Below, piece after piece: positions 9,931 to 20,994 of a stretch of DNA of 24,795 bases. The position numbers and the translations under genes were made by a program. The notes under the pieces were generated by a model that had not been told where the DNA came from, searched no databases, and saw nothing but the letters and a program-made list of their open reading frames with translations. Every line of letters begins with the position of its first letter. The first letter of the stretch is position 1. The DNA comes from Neocallimastix sp. 'constans' (taxonomy: Eukaryota), in NCBI GenBank assembly GCA_050613775.1, contig JBODTK010000116.1:496001-520795 (forward strand), in the 5' to 3' direction.

Positions 9931-12900
9931 TATTTTTTAAATTTTTTCTATATTTTTTCTATACTTTTTATATATATATATATACTTTTTTATCGTTATA
10001 TATGTTATTTTATATCTCTATATTAATTTTTTACTTTAGGTTTTTTTAATTTTCATATCCTTTTACAATATTTTAACATATAAAAAAAAAAAAAATAAAT
10101 TAAATTTACTATTTTACATTATTTTATTGAATAAATAATTTTTCCACTAACATTGTTTTTTAAATATATCTTAGGAAATACAATTCATGTGAAACTATTA
10201 ACTCTTATATTCAGTAAACTTAAATGTTAAATATTTTATATATAATTCTTTGGTATTCAATCCTTATAATCAATTCATTTTAAATAGAAATTAAGTCAGT
10301 TCTTTTCTCAACTAACTCTAAACATGGATGCTTCTAGTTCTGTTAACACTACTCCCTTCCATCGTGGTTTCTACTGCTTCGGAAATCATATGAATAATTA
10401 TAGCCTTATTTTCATTCATGACCTTAATTCTTGGTCCCCTAGAAAACTAATGGCACAAGTTATTAGTAAGATCCCTTACTACAATGAAATTATTCCATAT
10501 GTTAAAAAACTTTTTTCTCCAAGGTATGGCTCATACTTCATTATTAGGGTTAATAAATACAAAAATGATCTCATCTTTTTCTATGTTTTAAATTTCTTAA
10601 GAGATGAAATTCCTGAAACAGCTAAAATTACCTGGTCCTTGTGTAATAAACTGAATCAAATGAACAAGTCGAGGAAATCTAAAAACATTGATGTTGAACT
10701 TAATCCTATGGCAAAAGATTTTTTCTCTAGCCATCTAAATTCAAATTCTTCTTTCTTTAATCTCTGTGTTAGTTGGAATATTAACGGTTGGAATACTGAA
10801 AAGCGAGATAGTATTTTGTATCTCAACTCTACTTTTAAACCTATATGTATCTGTCTACAAGAAACTGGAAAAAGTAAATATCTACCAAAAGATGTTTCAT
10901 CACCATTAATTCCATATTACAACTCAGTTTTCCTTAGAGCTAATCCTAAAATCCCTGGTATGAGAGGACTCTTTATTGGTGTTCATTCTTCGTGCTCTTT
11001 TTTCCAAGAACCGTTTTTATACAAATATATCATTTCAGTAAATATTACTTCTTTCTGGAATCAAAAATGTACTATTGGTAATATCTACTTCCCTCAAAGC
11101 AAATGGAAGGAAGAAAGACTAGTTGCTTTTGATGAACTTTCTCAATGGTTACGTTTTCACCATAGAAAAAACGTTCCTGCTGTCCTAGTTGGTGATTTTA
11201 ACATGTCATTAAAGAAGATCAAAACATACATTTCAAATAATTTTCCTAATTGGTATATTGCTCCCTTATATGGTAATAAATTTACTTATGCCAAAGGTTC
11301 TAGATCATCTTGTATTGACCATGTCATCTATAATGAGGCTTTGGCAGCTCATTTTAATAAAACCTCGGTTTGCACTTCTTTTTATGGTATTTCTGATCAT
11401 AAACCTATTATACTTTCTTGCAAAAAAGTTCTCTCCGATGGCTTTATTAGGCCTGCTAAAGTTTCTAAATGGTCTACACATATTTGTAAAACAAAAAATT
11501 CAGATATTTTATCACATAATTATTTTTCAATCTTAGCAAATGACCTCGATTCTCATTACAATTCGCTCACGGCTGATGAAATGGTAGAAAAATTTATTAA
11601 TACAGCAAATAATATCGGGAAGGATATTAAGGCTTTCATTCCAACAAATTTAAAGGGCTCTGCTTTTCATTGTCCTTATTACATTAAAAGACTGTCTCAT
11701 GAAAAACATATTGCATTTCGAAATATTAAGCCTTACTTTAACTGTGAAAATGTTGATAATTACCTTGAACAATTTAATAAATATGAAAAACTTTGCAAAT
11801 TAATCAAGAAAACAAAGAGCAAATTTCGCTCTGCTAGATTTAAAGCTAATATAGTAAAAATTGGTAATTATTTTTTGAATAAAGATTTCAAAAATGGTTG
11901 GAGATGTTTAAAAAAAATGGCTAAACCATCGTATTCATCTACCTCCCCTACTTGCATAAAATCTAAATTTGGTCAAGATATTATCTCTCCTACTAAACAA
12001 TTAGATAGATGGGCTGAATATTATAAGGATCTAGCTTCTGATCCCTCAGGTCACAGCCTTAATCGTAACTTCTGGATCCATGCTTTAAGGAATATTAGTC
12101 TTAGATCCTCTACCTGGAATATAAATGGTCCTATTACGATTGAAGATATTAAAAAAACTATTTCATCGATGAAAAATAACAAAGCACCCGGCCCCGATGG
12201 TATTCCGATTGAATTCTACAAAGCTCTGTTTTGCAATGAAGAATTACTAGAAACACATCCTGCTGCTGGAAAGTGTCTTAAATTGATTTTTAATAAAATA
12301 TGAAATGGGTCTTTTCCTAAAAAATGGAACTCAGCTTCTATTGTATCAATCCCTAAGAAAGGTGACCTATCAGATTGTAGTAATTATCGAGGTATTTCTC
12401 TTATTAAAGTTGGACTGAAAATCATTTCAAAAATTGTTACAGATAGAATATCTTCTTACGCACTCTCACACAATTTCATTAGACCTGAACAATTTGGATT
12501 TCGCAACCGCGAAGAATGCATTAGTTTATTCATTTCCGTTAGAGAAATATGCCAAAGAAGAAAATTTCAAGGAAAATTCACATATTTGGCCTTTTTAGAT
12601 CTTAAAAAAGCTTATGATTCAGTTCCTATTTTTAACATTCTTACTAAATTATATCATTATGGAGTACGTGGTAAATGTTTTGATTTTCTTTGTAATTTAT
12701 ATACTTCATCTAAAGCTCGTGCTCGATTTGTTTCAATGTTATCAAATGAATTTCCTATTAAAAGAGGTGTTCGTTAAGGTTGTCCATTATCTCCGATCTT
12801 ATTCAATTTATTCATCAATGATATATTAAATGACTGCGAAAAGTATGGTGTTAATATTGGAAGAAAAAAGTGTTGTGGTGGACTCTTTGCTGATGATGTT

Positions 12901-14657
12901 GTCCTCATTGCTCCAAGTGAAAAAAATTTAGAAAAATTACTAAAAAAGGTACATAGATGGGCTAATTTAAATGAAATGACTTTTGGTATTGAAAAATGTG
13001 CAACTATGGTTATAAAACCAATGAACTTCCAATCTCCTCCAAACTATAGTGACCCAACCTTCTATTTAGGAATGAATGCTATTTCTAAAGTTTCTAGTTA
13101 TATTTATCTTGGTATTCCTTTTTCTGATGATCTCTTACTAGAACACATTATATCTCACATGCATTTTAAAGTTAGAAAATCCCTTCTTTCATTTACACAT
13201 TTCTTCTCAAATAAACTTATCCCTATTGCATACAAGAAAAAAGTTCTTCAATCCTTTGTTATTAGTAAAGTAATTTATTATTCTCCTTTACTTGCTTCAA
13301 ACAAATCTAGAACGGCCAGAATTCAAACATTAATTAATACTGGTCTATTTTGGTGTATCGGCTCCTTCTCTAAAAATGGTAAAACAAGTTCAGAAGACAA
13401 TGACTATATTAGACATAATTCTACTATGAGTACTTATGCTTTATCTCGAGATCTAAGCATTCCTCCTATTGCTGGTGTCTGTGCAGCCTTACAGATTAAA
13501 TCATTTGCAAAATGGAGTAAATCAAACTGTATTATAAAGGATCTTATTAAATCTATTCCCAAAATGCATCATTATTCCTGGACTAAAGAATCTAGAACAC
13601 TGTATAAAAAAATCAAAAAATATAAATGTGAAAAATATGACGATATTTTAGAACGTTACTGGAAATCAGTTGCCAAATTTCAAGGTATTAAAGGTCAAAA
13701 TTACGATTGTAATAAGTTCTCAAACAATAAAGCTATAATTATGCTTAACTTAAAATATCCCCAATTCAACTTAGGGTTTTCGTGGATTATTCGTTTACGC
13801 TGTGGTTATAAATACAATACTACTATTGCTATTAGAATGGGTAGAGTTTCAGAAGATTGTCCCAAGTATTGCCCCTGTTGTGGCGAAGATAAACAATCTT
13901 TTGAACATTGGATTTTTAAATGCGATGCTCTTGCATCTTTTAGATGGAATTCTTTAAATTTCATCGATGATCTCTATGTTTTATTCCTTAGGAAGATTAG
14001 AGCATTTAATCCTCTTTCTTCCTATGACTCTATTTCTAATTTTGAAGATTATATCAATCATTATATATACTTGTTCCTTCTTGGTGGAACTTTAGTTTTA
14101 AATGAGCTACATTTCGATAGTGGGGAACAGAGACAATTGAATGAACTACTTTTCAAAGGTTCATCTGAGTCACCTGTTCCAAAAATTGTGGGCTTGGCGG
14201 AATTCTTAACAAGTACAATACCTATCATAAGTAGTTCGTTTGAGCTATTATTTGATAGGTATTGCAAAATACCAAACTTATCCAAGATCGTCGACGTCGT
14301 ACTGATAAGGCATAATGATAATACAGGATCAGCATCTATTTCTACGAAGGACGAATCTTGCCCTAGTAGTTCAATAAATGATGAATCCGGGGAGAGTTTA
14401 GTGGACACCACACTATCTATTTTAAAAGATATTACTTCTAGGTTTTATTTCTTTTTTATTTGTTAGGAAGGGAAAAATTCCCGCATAGTACAACTTGCCG
14501 AAATACACAGTATTTTTGAGCTGTTTTATTTTTTTTATTTTTTAATTTTTTTATTTTTAATTTCTAATGTACTTTTCACCTACATGTATTTTTTAAAATA
14601 AAATTTAATAAAGTTTTGGAAGTGTATTCTCTTCCCTGTCTATAAAAAAAAAAAAAA
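9926..14657 (+). mobile_element. Near full-length non-LTR retrotransposon (LINE B), related to but distinct from LINE A
   Basis: Begins right after the poly(A) of A with a T-rich leader (5' boundary assumed). ORF 10324-14466, AATAAA at 14607-14612, small stem-loop GGAAG-N8-CTTCC at 14618-14635, poly(A) at 14644-14657. Confidence 0.92.
10324..14466 (+). pseudogene. LINE B single ORF (1380 aa if repaired): RRM-like, APE, RT, zinc knuckle; two in-frame nonsense codons
   Basis: ORF-track pieces 10324-12303, 12586-12777 and 12976-14466 share one frame. TGA at 12301-12303 replaces W (KIWDG in A) and TAA at 12775-12777 replaces Q of GVRQGCP. FADD at 12886-12897; CPKYCPCC..HWIFKC knuckle. Confidence 0.92.
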
Positions 14658-15286
14658 TAATAGTAATAGTAATAATAGTTATAGTAATATTAGTAATAGT
14701 ATTTTTAGTAATGTTAGTAATAGTATTGAAAATAATGTGTATATTGATTCTAGTGTGTGTGAAAAAGTGTTTAATTTCCTTCTTGGAGGTCGAAGTATTA
14801 ATAACAGTACAAGGGAATGGAAGGATCTATTTAAGTGCCAGATGAAATCAGGTGCTTATTCTGATACTCCGTTCTTAGTGGTTACTGCGGCACTTCTCCA
14901 ATCGATTATACCTATTGCTATTGGCCAGCAATGGTCTTTGTTCAATAGGTTCAAATCGAATCGTACTACTACTACCAAGAGCGTCAATGCTGAAGAAACA
15001 GTAAGACAGGCCAGCAGGGCTAGCGCAACCAATGAAGATCATAATTTTGCATCTTAAAATTATGATTAACATTGTGAAGTCAAAATTAATTATTATACTT
15101 CAGTATAATAATGCCCTTGTGAAGTCTTACAAATATTAATTAAATGAAACTAGAATATATTATACCATTATTTTATTTTATTTTGTGTTTTTTTTTTTGT
15201 TTATTTTTTTTATCTTTTTTTTTATTATTTTATTACATGTATTTTATCAAATATTTAATTAATAAAGATGAAACAAGTTTACTGCC

Positions 15287-15317
<31 letters not shown>
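14658..15317 (+). mobile_element. 5'-truncated LINE (family C): ORF C-terminus, 3' UTR and poly(A)
   Basis: Open frame 14659-15057 with FLLGG and KSVNAEETVRQ, homologous to ILLGG and KSVDVVTIRQ in A. AATAAAG at 15261; 28-nt poly(A) at 15290-15317. Confidence 0.88.
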
Positions 15318-15318
<1 letters not shown>

Positions 15319-16293
15319 AATATCTAAATATGGAATTGATGAAGGTTTTATAAGACCTGAACAATATGGAATTCGTAATCGAGAAGAATGTATAAGTCTT
15401 TATACTACATTAAGAATTATATGTCAAAGAAGGAAATTTGAAAATAAGGATACTTTCCTTGCTTTTTTGGACCTTAAATAAGCGTATGACTCAGTGCCCA
15501 TATATAATGTATTAATGAAGATTCATCACTTAGGTATTAGAGGTAAGTGCTATAATTTTATTGAAAATTTATACTTATCTTCCAAGGTTTGTGTAAGAGT
15601 TGATGGTCAATTATCAGAATCATTTAATATTAAGAAAGGAGTTCGTCAAGGTTGTCCCCTCTCACCAATTTTGTTTAACTTGTTCATTAATGATATTTTT
15701 AATAATTGTAAATAAATATGGCATTTCTATTGGAGATAAACGTTGTTGTGGAGGCTTTTTTGCAGATGACATTGTATTATGTGCTCCAACAAGATCTCAA
15801 CTTAAGAAATTGTTAAAGTTTGCCAGTAAATGGAATAGAAATAATGAAATGCAATTTGGTATCAATAAATGTGCCAGTCTAGTACGAGGGGAATTTTCTA
15901 GTTTTCTTTTTAATAGTAATCCTACCTTCTATCTTTCAAGTCAAGAGTTACCTAAAACGAATTGCTATACCTACTTAGGTGTACCATTTTCAAATGATTT
16001 AGAATTGAAACCGATCATACAGTGAATGAATAATAAAGTTAGAAAAGCACTTTATCCCATAAAAGGATTTCTTAAGAATCCTCGTATTCCTATCCCTTAT
16101 AAAAGAATGTTATTTTCAGCTATAGTAATTGGATAAGTTTCATATTATGCAACTTTACTTGGATCTAACAAAGATAGAACGAGAAGTTCACAGAACACTA
16201 GTTAATTTAGGATTATACTAGATTGAAGAATTTTCTAAAGGGAGTAGCTTTACATCCCTTTATTGTGTCACTAAAGAACTTAACATTTCTCCT
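15318..16293 (+). mobile_element. Decayed internal LINE fragment D covering the RT domain
   Basis: IRPEQYGIRNREECISL..FLDLK*AYDSVP..GVRQGCPLSPILF..FADD..FGINKC..YLG..KELNI. Stops at 15479, 16023, 16134 and 16219; frameshifts at about 15710 and 16197. Confidence 0.92.
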
Positions 16294-16299
16294 TCTTGG

Positions 16300-16376
16300 C
16301 ATACTTTATATGCTATTATATTCTAATTGGAGAAATAATATTTATTTATTTATTTATTTTTTTTTTTATTAATTCT

Positions 16377-16423
<47 letters not shown>

Positions 16424-16544
16424 TAATATAAAAAATATTCATATAATTAATAATTGAATAAATAAATAAAGATATAAAGATTAAAGTTCGTAATAATTGC
16501 GGCTTAAAAAAACAAAAAAAACAAAAAAAAAAAAAAAAATAAAA
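16300..16544 (+). mobile_element. Isolated LINE 3' UTR + A-rich tail (family E, copy 1)
   Basis: Near-duplicate of about 16799-16967 (tattatattctaattggagaaataatattta..aaagattaaagttcgtaataattg.ggct followed by an A tail), with an expanded T run. Flanked by direct repeats TCCTTCTTGG at 16290-16299 and 16545-16554. Confidence 0.7.
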
Positions 16545-16967
16545 TCCTTCTTGGTAGAAGAGATGCAGACATTATTAATTTAAACTATAAAAAGGAATGT
16601 CAATGCCGAAAATGCAATAAGACAGGCCTGAAGGGCCAATGCTTCTGAAGGAGAAAACCATAATTTCTTTTCAGATAGTCAACTCAAACCCTAATCCATA
16701 ATGAAATGAGGTTCGTTACATAGGAACTTTTTTCTGAATTTATCTATACACTTTATTTTTGAATATATATTACTTTTTATTTCACGTTACTGTTTTAAAT
16801 GTTATTATATTCTAATTGGAGAAATAATATTTATTTATTTATTTATTTTTTATTAATTCCGTGTTTTTTTTGTAATATAAAAAATATTCATGTAATTAAT
16901 TAATAAATAAATAAATAAATAAAGATTAAAGTTCGTAATAATTGAGGCTATAAAAAAAAAAAAAAAA
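16545..16967 (+). mobile_element. Internally deleted LINE 3' end (family E, copy 2) with poly(A)
   Basis: LLG motif start, then RNVNAENAIRQA*RANASEGENHNF, homologous to KSVNAEETVRQASRASATNEDHNF of family C. 3' UTR and poly(A) at 16952-16967. Confidence 0.8.
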
Positions 16968-16976
16968 TAAAGATAA

Positions 16977-17175
16977 TTTTTTTTTTTTTTTTTTTTTTTT
17001 AACGACCGTAGCAGGATTTCTCCCCAGCTGCACATCCGTAGACACCAATGGTTTATTACTGGAGCCCTTATCTAACTTCCTACTTAGTAGGTGGTGCTGT
17101 CCCTGCTGGACTGCCTTACAGTTTCTCTACATTGGCGCTCCTTTCCAAGTATTATTACTGCTTGTCATTGTAATT
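16977..17175 (-). mobile_element. LINE 3'-end fragment in inverse orientation (family C-related), tail-to-tail with the preceding element
   Basis: The reverse complement of 17094-17140 (gagcgccaatgtagagaaactgtaaggcagtccagcagggacagcac) aligns with 14979-15026 (gagcgtcaatgctgaagaaacagtaagacaggccagcagggctagcgc). It ends ..ggtcgtt(A)24 (T run 16977-17000), like ..tgccgtt(A)28 in family C. Confidence 0.75.
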
Positions 17176-17332
17176 ATCTTTATATATTTAATATATATAT
17201 ATATTTAATTATTTATAATGTATATTCAATTGTTTAATTAATAAAATTTTAATTATTTAATTTGAATAGATTATTATTATTCAGATTTCTTAATTATTCG
17301 GTTTATTTAATTATAAAGTATATTTAAGAATA

Positions 17333-17365
<33 letters not shown>

Positions 17366-17568
17366 AATATTTAAAAAGTAAAATATTTATTTAATTATTT
17401 ACTATTTATATTTAATTAAAATATAAAAATATAATTATATTCAAAAAACAATGAATATTTAGTTTTATCTCTTTTTTCACACTCTTATAAAGAGCAAAAA
17501 TAAATGACATATCAAATTATGTAAATTTAATAATCTATAATTTTTAATTATTTAATATTATTAAAATA

Positions 17569-17757
<189 letters not shown>

Positions 17758-18184
17758 CTTTATATAATTTAGATTTACAATTAAATAATAAATCATAAAT
17801 ATTTATGTTAAAAAACTAATGTAAATTTGAATTATTTATTTTAATCCATAATTCAATGTAAATCATTTGATTTATCATGCGTATGTAAATATTTTTTTTT
17901 TTTTTTTTTTTTTAATAAAAATAATTATAGGTAATATAAAAATAATATTTTATGTTTAATAATTTGTGACTTGACTTTCGTCAATAGACAATTTCCTAAT
18001 TAATAAATAAATGTATAAATAATTTATAACTAATTAAATTCCTTCAATAAATATTATATATATAATATATAGTATTAATACAAAATGATAAAGATAATTT
18101 ATGAATGAATTATGCAATTACTTATTAAAATGTATAATAAATCAATAAATAAAAAAATAATACCAAAAAAAAAAAAAAAAAAAA

Positions 18185-18420
18185 GGTTGGTGGAAGTGCA
18201 ATACTGGATACTTCTGAAATTAATTTGTAGGAAAGAAGACAAATTATTAAAACGCTTTTCCTTACCAATATAATCCTATTGTTTCTCGAGACCTTTTTTT
18301 TTTCGATGATTAATTTACATAGTATATGACCTATCGTTGTTAAGGGTGTTAATGTTGAAATGATAGGACAGAGAAGAAATTCTGATAGAAATTCGAACAA
18401 CAATCACTCTCTGGTAGTGT
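18185..18420 (+). mobile_element. Decayed, internally deleted relic of the C-terminal region of a LINE A-like family, directly after a 20-nt A run
   Basis: VGGSAILDTSEINL*ERRQIIKTLF vs LGGNAVFEILKIGSGERRRLINNIF in A, and SI*PIVVKGVNVEMIGQRRNSDRNSNNN vs SVRPTVVKSVDVVTIRQRRNSDTDSNDN. Confidence 0.8.
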
Positions 18421-18616
18421 TGTCTTAATTGCTTCTAGATACCTATATATATTGGAATTTAACTTCTATTATAAATTTTAACAATATATAAAATATTGAC
18501 CTAATTTTTAATTTTAAATTCGTTCAATAAGATAATTTATTTAAAGAATAAATTTGAATATTTCTTACTATAGGAAATTAGAATTTTCTAACTAGACACT
18601 ATTAGCATAATATTTG

Positions 18617-18678
18617 AATTAAATATAAATTAAATATAAATTAAATATGATTTAAATATAAATTAAATATAAATTAAA
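18617..18678. repeat. 11-bp minisatellite (AATTAAATATA), about 5.5 copies
   Basis: Tandem units read directly; one is degenerate. Confidence 0.7.
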
Positions 18679-19699
18679 ATTTAATAATTTATTTATTTAT
18701 TTTTTTTTTTTAAATAATTTGTTTTTTGCATTGAAACTGTTTCAGAAAAGAAAAATTAAATATTATATTATATACTTTATAATAATTATTAAATATTATA
18801 TTATATTAGGAATTAGAATTATTAATAAAATTTACTTAAACAACCATTATTTTAAAAACCCACTGCTTATAAATTATTGCACATAAGAGTCCAGTGATCT
18901 AAAACAAATATGTGTAGTAACATATTTGTATATTTAATAATCATTATTAAATATTAAATTTATATCTTTTTGATAATAAATTTTATAATATATTATTAAT
19001 TATTCATTATTATATTATAATTACTATTATAATATATATTAAATTACATATTATTTTATAATATATTGAATTATATATTCATTTTAAAATATATATTAAA
19101 TTATATTTATTTTATTAATTATATATTATTATATTAAAATATAATATTCTTATATTTAACTTTAATAGGACTTAAATAACCTTATTTTATATTATATAAT
19201 ATATTATTATGTATTATTTTATATTTATTTTATATTTTAACATATAATATACATTTATTATTTAAATATAAATATTATATTCTTATATATATAATTTATA
19301 TTATATGTTTAAAATGTTTTTCATATTATTAAATTTTTAATTTTAAAATGTAATTTCTTAATAATAACCAATTTCTAATAAAATTAATTTAAAAAGGGGT
19401 TTTTAATTATTTAGGAAAAGTAATAATAAATTAAATAAAGATATAACTATATTATTATAATTAAAATATAGCACATGAAAGTCCCGTATATCATCATATG
19501 TATTATCACGTGCTACGCCCATATAATTTGATTATATTCTTAATTTAAATTAGAACTTAACATTATTTGTTTAATATTAGGTGACTATTTACCTCCATTA
19601 TTACAACTATGTTAGGTTAGGTATTGGGTTAGTTAGGTATTATAATTATTATCCTTATTATAAACTGTTACAACCACAATCACTATTATTACAACCACA

Positions 19700-20780
19700 T
19701 TGGATGATAAGCTTAGACATTATAAATTCCCTATAACCATAGAAACGAAAACAGAACCTGATAATTTTATATTCTACAGGTATCCTACAAATCAAACATT
19801 TAGTATTAGAAATAAAAAGGGTTATATAAATAGGGATGAGGGAAATAGTAGTACTGGAATAAGAGAACTTAGAAATGAAAATGAACCAGTTCCTATTATA
19901 TTAAAATGTATATGCATAGAAGTATAATGGTAATGCAACAATCAGATTCTAATGCTATTGATTATAACCCAATTAAAACTATATTAGATTTCATTTCTGC
20001 ACAAGTAGTTAGTATTATCTTGGTAGGTTAAATTATAGAAAAGAAAATATAGATTTTAAAGAAAAAGAAGCTCTATCATTAAATGATTATATAGAAGAAT
20101 GACATAATAAATTTGATAACCAGACAACAGTATTAAATTTAAAAAATAAAAATTCATTTTCCTGAAGCTTTCCAAAGAAAACCATATGAAGGGAAAATAA
20201 ATATTATTACAATTATTATTATCGCCTACAACGTAAACAATAGTAATAATGCCAATGATCGGTAAAAATGGAAGCGAAGAACTAATATTTTTTTAAGAAA
20301 AAGACATAGAAATATTAAATTTTGCAAAAGCGAATGACTGGATAAAATATTTAGTGTTTTAGTCAATAAATAGAGATAATGGTGACGGTGAATTTGAACA
20401 AAATGTTAGTAGGAAATATAGTTTTTATTAGTCAAGAGTTATTTGAGTTTACAACTAAATTTAAAAATTTCAATTTATTGAGTGATCCATATGAAAAACA
20501 TAATTCATAAGAACCAATTGACCCAAATGAACTAGTTGATATAAATGGTCTCTAAATGATCTATATTGCATTCCAGTATCAAATGGAAAATGTGGAAATA
20601 GGTATGGTAGATGTTTAAATGGTTATTGTTTCAATAAATATGGATATTGTGGTTAAAGATGAAAAGTATTGTGGAAATGCTATTATAAAGAATATGGTAT
20701 TTATGAAAGTCAACCATCAAAGAAAAAAAAAAAAAAGTATGGATTTGGTATTGGTAATTGTTCAAAAAATGTTCTATATA
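19700..20780 (+). pseudogene. Decayed GH18 chitinase (PF-ChiA-like subfamily, C-terminal half) with C-terminal CBM18 (hevein-like) repeats; 5' limit uncertain
   Basis: 20240-20380 reads IVIMPMIGKNGSEELIFF*EKDIEILNFAKANDWIKYLVF*SINRD, followed by ISQELFEFTTKFKNF. This fits the pattern IGITPMIG.ND..E.F..DA..L..FA..LS.WS.NRD..Q..EF..F. 20570-20700 reads IPVSNGKCGNRYGRCLNGYCFNKYGYCG/KDEKYCGN/CYYKEYGI (CBM18, two frameshifts), then a partial second repeat KYGFGIGNCSK. Confidence 0.7.
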
Positions 20781-20958
20781 ATTAATATTAGTAGAATTGT
20801 TATATATATATATGTATATAACTGTATTATTTACCAATAATAAATACCAAATAATAAATAAAAAAAAATAACATTTAGTTAAGAAAAATCTCTATGTTGT
20901 GAAAATATTAATAATATCCAATTTACTCTTTCCATCATTAAAAAAATAATAGTACAAT

Positions 20959-20994
<36 letters not shown>

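Noticed and set aside
12301..12777. Stop-codon reassignment or readthrough (TGA=Trp, TAA=Gln) in LINE B
   Set aside because: Other Trp and Gln codons are standard, the host gene ends in TAA, and both stops are single transitions from TGG and CAA.
14284..14360. Hammerhead ribozyme at CTGATAAG..GACGAA in LINE B
   Set aside because: The core does not match CUGANGA..GAAA, the required stems are not evident, and element A lacks CTGA at this position.
6570..14466. Prokaryotic RT system (retron, DGR, group II intron, defence RT pair)
   Set aside because: APE domain, poly(A) tails, 5' truncations and eukaryotic context identify non-LTR retrotransposons.
15144..15353. Small ORFs 15144-15353, 16853-17035 and 18125-18403
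   Set aside because: They run through poly(A)/poly(T) tails and UTRs, or are antisense to LINE relics.
12301..16221. RIP-like hypermutation of the LINEs
   Set aside because: There are few lesions, in mixed contexts (including AAA to TAA and indels), and CpA and CpG sites remain abundant in A and B.
18852..19406. 10-bp inverted repeat TTAAAAACCC / GGGTTTTTAA as MITE ends
   Set aside because: Too short and AT-rich, with no TSD; compatible with chance.
20619..20840. ORFs 20619-20840 (+) and 20631-20837 (-) as genes
   Set aside because: They are by-products of the frameshifted CBM18 relic; only KDEKYCGN is in the meaningful frame.
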